Shown: piece by piece, positions 8,717-15,955 of the stretch
Numbering within the stretch: the first letter of the stretch is position 1
Layout: every line of letters begins with the position of its first letter
NCBI GenBank assembly: GCA_012839865.1
Contig: DUMO01000054.1
Location: forward strand, 46,587 to 66,586
DNA: 20,000 nucleotides
Reading direction: 5' to 3'
Origin: Clostridiaceae bacterium
GTDB lineage: Bacteria; Bacillota; Clostridia; CAYPLH01; DUMO01
Position numbers and translations under genes: made by a program
Notes under the pieces: model-generated
Told to the model about the DNA's origin: nothing
Database searches by the model: none
What the model saw: the letters and a program-made list of their open reading frames with translations, nothing else

Positions 8717-8923
8717 CTATCCCAATAATATTTTGGTTAACCGATACAGGCTTTCGAAGCCGGATTTTATGAAATAAAGACCGCTTTCAGACCCGGCAGG
8801 GCGTTTGTGCAAATGCAGTTTAATATTATTTCATAGCCATAAAAACCGGGCAGGTTGCGGATACTATTAATTTCTTTTTTTGAGACATGTCGTGAAATAA
8901 AAAAGCAATAAGGGGTTGGTAAT

Positions 8924-10186
8924 ATGGGAATGACAATGACCCAAAAAATATTGGCGGAGCATGCCGGGCTTTCCAGTGTGAGAGCCGGACAGTTGGTAAA
9001 GGCAAAGCTTGATATGGTGCTGGGAAATGATATTACATCACCCGTGGCAATAAAGGAGTTTATGAAGATTGGCGCAGAGTGTGTTTTTGATACTGAAAAG
9101 ATAGCAATTGTGCCTGACCATTTTACTCCAAACAAGGATATCAAGTCCGCTGAGCAGGCAAAATTTATCAGGGAATTTGCATATAAGATGGGTATAAAGA
9201 ATTATTTTGAAATAGGCGAGATGGGTGTGGAGCATGCACTTTTGCCCGAAAAGGGGCTTGTTGTATGCGGCGACGTAGTAATCGGAGCAGATTCCCATAC
9301 CTGCACATATGGAGCTCTTGGAGCTTTCTCAACCGGTGTGGGAAGCACGGATATGGCAGCAGCCATGGCAACCGGTGAGGCCTGGTTTAAAATACCTGAA
9401 GCAATCCGGTTTGTTTTAAAAGGCAAGCCGGGAAAGTGGGTAAGCGGAAAAGACATAATCCTTCACATTATCGGCATGATAGGTGTTGACGGTGCCCTGT
9501 ACAAATCAATGGAATTTACAGGTGAAGGACTGTCCCATTTATCCATGGACGACAGGTTTGCCATGGCAAACATGGCTATTGAAGCGGGCGGCAAAAATGG
9601 CATATTTGATGTCGATGAAAAGACAATTGAGTATGTGAAGGAACACTCACGGAAAGCCTATAAGATTTTTACAGCTGATAATGATGCTGAATACGTTGAA
9701 GAATATGAAATTGACCTTTCGGGGTTAAGACCGACTGTTGCCTTCCCGCACCTGCCGGAAAACACAAGGTCAATAGACGAGGTGGGCGATATAAGGATAG
9801 ACCAGGTTGTTATAGGTTCATGCACAAACGGGAGAATAGAGGATCTCAGGATGGCTGCTTTGGTATTAAAGGGCAGAAAGGTGCATAAGGGCGTAAGATG
9901 CATTATAATTCCGGCAACCCAGAAAATATGGAGACAGGCAATGAACGAAGGATTGTTTGAAATATTTATCGATGCGGGAGCAGCGGTAAGTACTCCTACC
10001 TGCGGTCCATGCCTTGGTGGGCATATGGGCATACTGGCGAAAGGCGAAAGGGCTGTTGCCACCACCAACAGAAATTTTGTAGGAAGAATGGGCCATCCCG
10101 AGAGTGAAGTGTATCTTGCAAGTCCTGCTGTTGCAGCAGCTTCTGCAGTAGCCGGGAAAATTGCCTCTCCTGAAGACCTTAAGTAG
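8924..10186 (+). CDS. leuC: 3-isopropylmalate dehydratase large subunit (short LeuC/HacA-type)
   Basis: [22 protein letters not shown], and 4Fe-4S Cys ligands in GSCTNGR and TCGPCLGGH. Followed by leuD and leuB. Confidence 0.92.
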   Translation: MGMTMTQKILAEHAGLSSVRAGQLVKAKLDMVLGNDITSPVAIKEFMKIGAECVFDTEKIAIVPDHFTPNKDIKSAEQAKFIREFAYKMGIKNYFEIGEMGVEHALLPEKGLVVCGDVVIGADSHTCTYGALGAFSTGVGSTDMAAAMATGEAWFKIPEAIRFVLKGKPGKWVSGKDIILHIIGMIGVDGALYKSMEFTGEGLSHLSMDDRFAMANMAIEAGGKNGIFDVDEKTIEYVKEHSRKAYKIFTADNDAEYVEEYEIDLSGLRPTVAFPHLPENTRSIDEVGDIRIDQVVIGSCTNGRIEDLRMAALVLKGRKVHKGVRCIIIPATQKIWRQAMNEGLFEIFIDAGAAVSTPTCGPCLGGHMGILAKGERAVATTNRNFVGRMGHPESEVYLASPAVAAASAVAGKIASPEDLK

Positions 10187-10274
10187 AGAAAATTAATCAA
10201 CACCCAAGCCTTGCTTAAAAGATGATTAATACAGCAGGTTTACAAAAAGGTAGAGTGTTAAGGAGTGAAGAACT

Positions 10275-10772
10275 ATGAAAGTAGAAGGAAAAGTCATTAA
10301 GTACGGGGACAATGTCGACACAGATGTCATAATACCTGCGCGGTATCTTAATACATCAGACCCGTCGGAATTGGCAAGGCATTGTATGGAGGACCTTGAC
10401 AAGGATTTTTCATTAAAAGCTGAAACATGTAAGATTTTAGTCGCCGGGAAAAATTTTGGTTGCGGGTCTTCAAGGGAGCATGCTCCAATTGCTATAAAGG
10501 AGTCCGGTATTGAGTGCATTATTGCAAAGACCTTCGCCAGAATTTTTTTCAGAAATGCAATAAACATTGGCCTGCCTATTATTGAATGTCCCGAGGCGGC
10601 AACTGATATTGAACCCTGGGATACGGTAATTGTGAATTTTGAAACCGGAACCATAACCAACGTTACAAAAGGCAGAAGCTATGTGGCAGAAGCGTTTCCG
10701 GACTTCATGAAAGAAATAATGGCAGCTGGCGGGCTGATTGGATATATCAGAAACATGTTTAAAAAGACATAA
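10275..10772 (+). CDS. leuD: 3-isopropylmalate dehydratase small subunit
   Basis: [26 protein letters not shown] and [14 protein letters not shown]. Confidence 0.92.
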   Translation: MKVEGKVIKYGDNVDTDVIIPARYLNTSDPSELARHCMEDLDKDFSLKAETCKILVAGKNFGCGSSREHAPIAIKESGIECIIAKTFARIFFRNAINIGLPIIECPEAATDIEPWDTVIVNFETGTITNVTKGRSYVAEAFPDFMKEIMAAGGLIGYIRNMFKKT

Positions 10773-10785
10773 GGAGTTGAGTCGG

Positions 10786-11841
10786 ATGAAAGTATACAAA
10801 ATTGGAGTCATACCCGGGGATGGTACCGGACCTGAGGTTGTGGAGGAAAGCGTAAAGGTTTTGAAGGCTGCGAGCAAAAAATTCGGGTTTTCAATTGATT
10901 TTGAATATTTTGATTTCGGAGGAGAAAGGTATAAAAAGACCGGTATTATTCTTACAGATGAAGAAATAGAAAAGGTTGCCACAAAACAGGCAGTACTCCT
11001 GGGTGCCATCGGGCATCCGGATGTAAAGCCGGGAATACTGGAAAGAGGAATTCTCCTGAAATTAAGATTTACTCTTGACCAATATATAAACTTAAGACCT
11101 GTCAAGTTGTATGAGGGTGTTGATACCCCCCTTAAGGATAAAGGGCCGGATGATATTAATTTTGTAGTTGTAAGGGAAAACACGGAAGGCCTTTATACAG
11201 GCGCAGGTGGTTTTTTGAGAAAGGGTACGCCTTACGAAGTTGCAATACAGGAATCCATCAGTACACGTCAGGGAGTTGAACGCTGTATCAGGTTTGCCTT
11301 TGAACTTGCCCGTAAAAGAAACAAAAAGAAAAAGCTGACCTTGTGCGGTAAAACCAATGTATTAACCTACGCCTTTGACCTTTGGGAAAGAACATTTTAT
11401 GAAGTGGCAAAGGAATATCCGGATATACAGACCGACTACTGCCATGTGGATGCTACATGCATGTGGATGGTGAAAAATCCTGAATTTTTTGATGTGATTG
11501 TTGCCGATAATCTATTCGGCGATATAATCACTGATTTAGGTGCCGCAATACAGGGAGGAATGGGCATTGCAGCCGGTGGCAACATTAATCCCGAAGGTGT
11601 TTCGATGTTTGAACCTATTGGCGGATCAGCTCCGAAGTATACCGGAAAGCGTATGATAAATCCGCTGGCGGCGATTGCTGCAGGTCAGATGATGATGGAA
11701 CAGCTTGGCGAGGATAAGGCAGCAGATGCAATTGAAAAGGCTGTCATGAAAGCTGTTAAGAATGATATAAAAAGCATGGCGGCAGGCAAGATGGGTTTTG
11801 CAACTGACGAGGTTGGGGACTTGATAGTAAGCTATTTATGA
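10786..11841 (+). CDS. leuB: 3-isopropylmalate dehydrogenase
   Basis: IPGDGTGPEV, LRFTLDQYINLRP, VRENTEGLY, DNLFGDIITDL and FEPIGGSAP. ATG at 10786 after an AAGGAG RBS; operon context with leuCD. Confidence 0.88.
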   Translation: MKVYKIGVIPGDGTGPEVVEESVKVLKAASKKFGFSIDFEYFDFGGERYKKTGIILTDEEIEKVATKQAVLLGAIGHPDVKPGILERGILLKLRFTLDQYINLRPVKLYEGVDTPLKDKGPDDINFVVVRENTEGLYTGAGGFLRKGTPYEVAIQESISTRQGVERCIRFAFELARKRNKKKKLTLCGKTNVLTYAFDLWERTFYEVAKEYPDIQTDYCHVDATCMWMVKNPEFFDVIVADNLFGDIITDLGAAIQGGMGIAAGGNINPEGVSMFEPIGGSAPKYTGKRMINPLAAIAAGQMMMEQLGEDKAADAIEKAVMKAVKNDIKSMAAGKMGFATDEVGDLIVSYL

Positions 11842-11867
11842 AATTATCCTCCTTATTAAAAAAAACA

Positions 11868-11988
11868 GCAAGAATTCTCCCGCCTCTAAAACACCTTGCT
11901 CACTGTAGTGAGAGCATAGGCGGGAGATGAATTGCCAGGCATGTTTATCGAACAAAGCCCCCGCCTCTTAGGTTGCGGGAGTACGTCC
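11868..11988. mobile_element. About 120-bp non-autonomous IS200/IS605-like remnant with two end-type hairpins
   Basis: TCTCCCGCCT (11876-11885) pairs with AGGCGGGAGA (11918-11927), enclosing CTCACT-gt-AGTGAG and flanked by GCAAGAAT and TGAATTGC. A second imperfect hairpin follows: AAGCCCCCGCCTCTTAGGTTGCGGGAGTACGTCC. Both resemble recalled IS200/IS605 end motifs. No tnpA or tnpB ORF is present. Confidence 0.55.
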
Positions 11989-12002
11989 ATCAATCAAAAA
12001 AA

Positions 12003-12050
12003 GCAAAAAGGTTTATTCGCAATAATTGCCTTGAGAATAAGCCTTTTTGC
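12003..12050. terminator. Long hairpin between the convergent leuB and lexA-like genes, possibly a bidirectional terminator
   Basis: GCAAAAAGGTTTATTC (12003-12018) pairs with GAATAAGCCTTTTTGC (12035-12050), 15/16 with one G-U. An inner GCAA-taa-TTGC is present. Confidence 0.5.
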
Positions 12051-12182
12051 AAAAAGATCTTTTCAGCGGCCTGATATAATTGTTGTTCATCTCAAACTCG
12101 AACAGGACGCTTTTTTTATTTTATCGACGCCTGCTTAAACTACATATAAAATGCATCAGCAAAGCTCAAAATTCATTAGCAA

Positions 12183-12209
12183 GAAAAAAGTGAGGCGATC
12201 TCCCTCACT
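12183..12209 (-). terminator. Intrinsic terminator of the lexA-like gene
   Basis: Minus strand AGTGAGG-gagatcg-CCTCACT followed by a T-run, about 50 nt after the stop codon. Confidence 0.75.
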
Positions 12210-12261
12210 GTTTAACACCGCTCTACAACTCAAAACCTTTAATATTACTGTTTAGGCAACA

Positions 12262-12891
12262 TTAAAAAATGGTGTACTTGCAAATTACCTTTCCTACGAT
12301 GATTGCTTCGGATTTCAAAAATTCTTCCTTGCCGAAAAGGTCATCGTCAGCCTTAAGGGTCATCTTTTCAGGGTCCTCATTCTCATAGTAATATCTTAAA
12401 AGAGAATGGTTGTCATAAAGAACTAAAACTATATCTCCGTCGTCAAGTTCGTATTTTCTGCTTATAACAAGCATGTCATCATAGGATATTTTGTTAAGGC
12501 TGTTATCAGGACATTTAATAAGAAAGCAATCATCATGTGAATTAAGTGCCATTGGCGGCATAGGCTGATATTTGTTCAAGTTGTATATGCTATACAAATC
12601 CTGTATGTTTCTTTTTGTGACTTTCTTTATCTCAGGGATATAAACCGGTTCGATATAAAGAGAATTGGTAGATACAAGCTGAATAGAACGAGCCATGCCA
12701 ATTTCTCTCTTAATGACACCTTTTTGCTCCAAACGGTTTAAAATTCCCTGTACAGCCCCTGGAGTTTTTTCTCCAAGCATTTCGCCAATTTCTCTGACCG
12801 TCGGGGGAATACCCTTTGATTTTATAAATGTTTCAATTGCTGTGTACACCTTTTTTTGTTTTGAGGTTAGAGTGTTAAATACTGCATCCAT
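12262..12891 (-). CDS. LexA-like protein (LexA wHTH plus degenerate S24 domain)
   Basis: LTSKQKKVYTAI...GIPPTVREIGEMLG...GAVQGILNRLEQKGVIKR matches the LexA DNA-binding domain. The C-terminal beta domain aligns with S24 but lacks the Ala-Gly site and the catalytic Lys. ATG at 12891 with an AAAGGTG RBS-like sequence. Confidence 0.85.
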   Translation of the reverse strand: MDAVFNTLTSKQKKVYTAIETFIKSKGIPPTVREIGEMLGEKTPGAVQGILNRLEQKGVIKREIGMARSIQLVSTNSLYIEPVYIPEIKKVTKRNIQDLYSIYNLNKYQPMPPMALNSHDDCFLIKCPDNSLNKISYDDMLVISRKYELDDGDIVLVLYDNHSLLRYYYENEDPEKMTLKADDDLFGKEEFLKSEAIIVGKVICKYTIF

Positions 12892-13135
12892 TGCTACCAC
12901 ACCTTTACTATTGTAATAAATTATAAAATAACACACTGATTCCCTGTAAATATATAATCTTGGGACAACAATTTTATTAAAGATATAATATCATTTATGT
13001 AAACATGATGCAATAGGAACTGTCAATATTATAGTATCATTTATTGGCAAAGCTAATATTCATAAGGGTAAAAGCCATGTTGACGCATCCTTGTTTCATA
13101 CATATTCAGCTCTGAAACAGTGATAAGGTTTTAGC

Positions 13136-13164
13136 TTGCCACATCCTTTATGTTAAAGTATAAT
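13136..13164 (+). promoter_or_regulatory. Sigma-A promoter of folE
   Basis: TTGCCA (13136-13141)-N17-TATAAT (13159-13164). Confidence 0.75.
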
Positions 13165-13226
13165 TTGATTATTGCAAATAACAGGCTTGCAATTTTATGT
13201 GAAATTCAGGAGATGAGATAATTATT

Positions 13227-13790
13227 ATGATAGATAAGGAACGTGTGAAGGCCGCTGTCCGGGAGCTTCTTTTGGCAATAGGCGAGAATCCGGACCGGGA
13301 AGGTTTGGTTGAAACACCCGGCAGGGTCGCAAACATGTATGAAGAAATTTTTGCCGGTTTGTACAAGGACCCCAGGAAAGAAGTTAAAATGTTCAATGAA
13401 GCAGAACATGAAGAAATGATAATTGTAAAGGACATTCCTTTATACTCTGTATGCGAACATCATCTGTTGCCTTTTGTAGGAGTCGCCCATGTCGTATATA
13501 TCCCCAGAAAAGGGAAAATCATAGGACTCAGCAAACTTGCAAGGGTAGTTGATATTCTTGCGAAAAAGCCTCAGCTTCAGGAAAGGCTTACCAGTGAAAT
13601 TGCCGACACACTTATGGAAACACTGCAGCCTTTGGGAGTTGCAGTTGTAATAAAAGCGGAGCACCTTTGCATGACAATGCGGGGAATTAAAAAACCCGGG
13701 TCAAAAACCATAACCTCTGCCTTGAGGGGAACTGTGCGAAAAGATGAAAGAACCAGGCTTGAAGTCATGTCCCTGATAGGACAGGCGTGA
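13227..13790 (+). CDS. folE: GTP cyclohydrolase I
   Basis: [35 protein letters not shown] and [10 protein letters not shown] (Zn ligands C, H, C). AGGAG RBS. Confidence 0.97.
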   Translation: MIDKERVKAAVRELLLAIGENPDREGLVETPGRVANMYEEIFAGLYKDPRKEVKMFNEAEHEEMIIVKDIPLYSVCEHHLLPFVGVAHVVYIPRKGKIIGLSKLARVVDILAKKPQLQERLTSEIADTLMETLQPLGVAVVIKAEHLCMTMRGIKKPGSKTITSALRGTVRKDERTRLEVMSLIGQA

Positions 13791-13826
13791 AACGTGATAT
13801 TTTATAATAATCGGAATCCCGTACTG

Positions 13827-13858
13827 AATACAGCGTCGGTAATAGACGCTGTATTTTT
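13827..13858 (+). terminator. Intrinsic terminator of folE
   Basis: AATACAGCGTC-ggtaata-GACGCTGTATT, a perfect 11-bp stem running into a T-run. Confidence 0.8.
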
Positions 13859-13864
13859 ATAAAA

Positions 13865-13902
13865 GAAATGTGTGCAGCACAATAATAAATGGCTTTATTT
13901 TG
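13865..13902 (+). repeat. Second copy of the 38-nt motif found in the 7379-7443 hairpin
   Basis: GAAATGTGTGCAGCACAATAATAAATGGCTTTATTTTG versus the reverse complement of 7403-7440, GAAATGTATGCAGAACAATAACAAATGGCTTTATTTTG: 35/38 identical. Confidence 0.9.
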
Positions 13903-13906
13903 CTGG

Positions 13907-13958
13907 AAAACCAGGTGGGCTGAAGGCAAAAATGCGTGAAAAAAACCTGTCCCACCTG
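13907..13958 (-). terminator. Possible terminator or hairpin after the DUF4046-like gene
   Basis: CAGGTGGG (13912-13919) and CCCACCTG (13951-13958) form an 8-bp stem with a 31-nt loop and a short T-run on the minus strand. The loop is atypically large. Confidence 0.3.
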
Positions 13959-13963
13959 AACAA

Positions 13964-15337
13964 TTACTTCGCATATCTCTTGACCATAAACTTATGATGC
14001 TTGCTTTCCTGTATATATTTTTCCATGGCAGGTTCAATCTCATGTTTGTTCAAATACCTGAACCTGATGGTTGTATGGTTCTCAAAGCCGTTTTCCAGGA
14101 CTACTTTCATGACGGTTTTGTGGTCAACATGGTATTTGTTCATTACCTCCTGGACGGTAATATAATCACTGATAGGCCGGGGTATCAAGGGGTCTCCTCC
14201 GAAGTACCTGTCACAAAGCTGGGATATGGTTGTAGGATTGCTGTCCAGCTCTTTTGCAATTTCAACGTAGGTCATGCCCTTTTTGCGAAGCTCCCATAAA
14301 GTTTCCCTGGAAATGTTCTTTTTATCCTGGGCAGCGCTTTTATAAATAAAGCCATAGCTTGCAATAAATTCTTCAATGGACATGTTCCGCAGTTTGGCAT
14401 GCCTCTTTACATACCCGTACAAAACGTTGTTTGAGTGCAGATTATAAATAAACTTGCCCTGGGCAACCTTCGATAATCTTTTTATCATGTTTTCATCAAA
14501 ATGCCTCTTTTTTGCTGCCTTGATTTCGTTTTGAAGTTCCTTCCTGTTTTCCTTGTCTCCTATTGTTCTGTAAAGGTAATATTCCTTTGCTTTAAAGGTT
14601 GATGATTCAAAAACAGTAACAAGCATTGCAGCAAGACCCAGCTTTCTGAAAGCTGAAGTATTTAAAAGCAGGATGTCATCCAATTCAAGGTTTTTATTCT
14701 TGAATATTTTATGCATGTAATAGAATGCATTTTCCAGAGACTGATCCGATGACCATTTTACCTTATACCTGAAATCAGCAGGATGGAACTTGCCGGGGTA
14801 AACAAAATTGAAAAGCTCATAAATTGACCAGTTGAACCTGGACAGCACATTGTATATTCCATGCTTTTGCAGCCTCTTTTTCCAATCCAGGAGGGGTATA
14901 TCCCGGACATGGGTTATACCTTCCCTTTTTACCATTACCTTTACCGCTTCAATTATGTAATTGTCGTTTTCCCACAGCCCATGCTTGCTCCACATCCATT
15001 CTGTCAGGATACGGTCCCTGAACTCATTGGGATATGCATTCTTGAGTATGGCAAGAATGTCATTGTTGAAATTGAGTTGTATCATGCCTGACAGTCTCCA
15101 ATTGACAAGCTTCTCTTTAATCTGTTTCAGATTCAGGGTTGGAAGATCGTTGGGACTGAGTCCTTCAAGGGTTTCAAGGCAGTACCTTGTTATAATGGAG
15201 CACCGTGTCTTAATGCCGTTTGTGTCCTTTTCCTGGACCCAGAAGTTTTTAGGAAAATTACTGCCTGTTTCAAGTACATCTCTATAGGTTGACAATGCTT
15301 CAAGCTCAATTGTGCTTAGTTTAAAAATGTTAATCAT
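13964..15337 (-). CDS. Hypothetical protein with about three internal W...YP helical repeats (DUF4046-like) and C-terminal HTH motifs
   Basis: Repeats FPKNFW...ILKNAYP, GLWEN...LFNFVYPGKF and KWSSD...FESSTF. HTH-like segments LRKKGMTYVEIAKELDSNPTTISQL and ITVQEVMNKYHVDHKTV. AGGAG RBS. The DUF name is from recall only. Confidence 0.65.
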   Translation of the reverse strand: MINIFKLSTIELEALSTYRDVLETGSNFPKNFWVQEKDTNGIKTRCSIITRYCLETLEGLSPNDLPTLNLKQIKEKLVNWRLSGMIQLNFNNDILAILKNAYPNEFRDRILTEWMWSKHGLWENDNYIIEAVKVMVKREGITHVRDIPLLDWKKRLQKHGIYNVLSRFNWSIYELFNFVYPGKFHPADFRYKVKWSSDQSLENAFYYMHKIFKNKNLELDDILLLNTSAFRKLGLAAMLVTVFESSTFKAKEYYLYRTIGDKENRKELQNEIKAAKKRHFDENMIKRLSKVAQGKFIYNLHSNNVLYGYVKRHAKLRNMSIEEFIASYGFIYKSAAQDKKNISRETLWELRKKGMTYVEIAKELDSNPTTISQLCDRYFGGDPLIPRPISDYITVQEVMNKYHVDHKTVMKVVLENGFENHTTIRFRYLNKHEIEPAMEKYIQESKHHKFMVKRYAK

Positions 15338-15796
15338 ATCTAAACTCCTGTGTTGGTGGTTGTTGTGTCAATATTGGCATAAAAAAGTTGTTTTATATAT
15401 ATATCTGATGATTATTAGCTAAAAAGCAAAGTTGACCAACTTTTTCTGCAATTCGTATTACATAAAAGTATAACCATGCCAACCATGATTATATATATAT
15501 TTACAAAAAACATGATTTAATTTATTACGTGAGAAGTTCACCCAATCAGCTTTTTAGCGCAATCATTTGATATTCAGCTATTTTAATTGTAATATTATAT
15601 TACACTGTGAATCAAGAGATTTTTTGATACGTCGAATACAATTAATTGCCGTTTTTTTGTACAATTTGCATGAAAAAAATCCTTTTATAATGAAAGTAAT
15701 TTTCTATTTCCACATTGGAAACTATAATTAATGTATTATATAATAAAAATTCAGGGTTTACATGATTATTCTGTTTTTGAAATATATTTGCTTAAT

Positions 15797-15818
15797 GCCC
15801 CAGATAACGGGCTTTTTT
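15797..15818 (+). terminator. Weak terminator-like hairpin 138 nt upstream of folP
   Basis: GCCC-cagataac-GGGC-TTTTTT; the stem is only 4 GC pairs. Confidence 0.3.
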
Positions 15819-15955
15819 GAGAATTATCTTTTGCTGAAGCAACCTTGGCGGTATGACAGATGCTGCATATATATCAAAGAAAGCAGCGGAAGACGGGCAG
15901 GAGTTGAATTTTATATGTGAAAGATACTTGGACAAATGTCGAAGGTTGAAAGGGG

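Noticed and set aside
8836..8856. GCCATAAAAACCGGGCAGG resembles the 3' end of ykkC-type (guanidine, ppGpp, PRPP) riboswitches; ppGpp riboswitches do precede branched-chain amino acid genes
   Set aside because: The conserved 5' elements (AGGGUUCCG, GACCGAG, ACACG/CACCG) are not visible in the leader, so the match is only partial. A cmscan would settle it.
8924..11841. Alternative assignment as homoaconitase/homoisocitrate dehydrogenase or a methylthio-alkylmalate pathway linked to the radical SAM trio
   Set aside because: Short LeuC-type proteins in a leuC-leuD-leuB order are ordinary in Clostridia, and nothing in the sequence links them to the trio. Specificity was not tested.
11932..12138. 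68-aa ORF in the leuB-lexA spacer
   Set aside because: It runs through the IS-like and terminator hairpins and lacks an RBS and protein-like features.
12892..13226. SOS box (GAAC-N4-GTTC) upstream of the lexA-like gene
   Set aside because: No match seen by eye, consistent with the gene not being the canonical lexA.
15720..15955. THF or ZTP riboswitch upstream of folP
   Set aside because: The consensus elements of these riboswitches are not recognisable; the region is AT-rich with only a weak hairpin.
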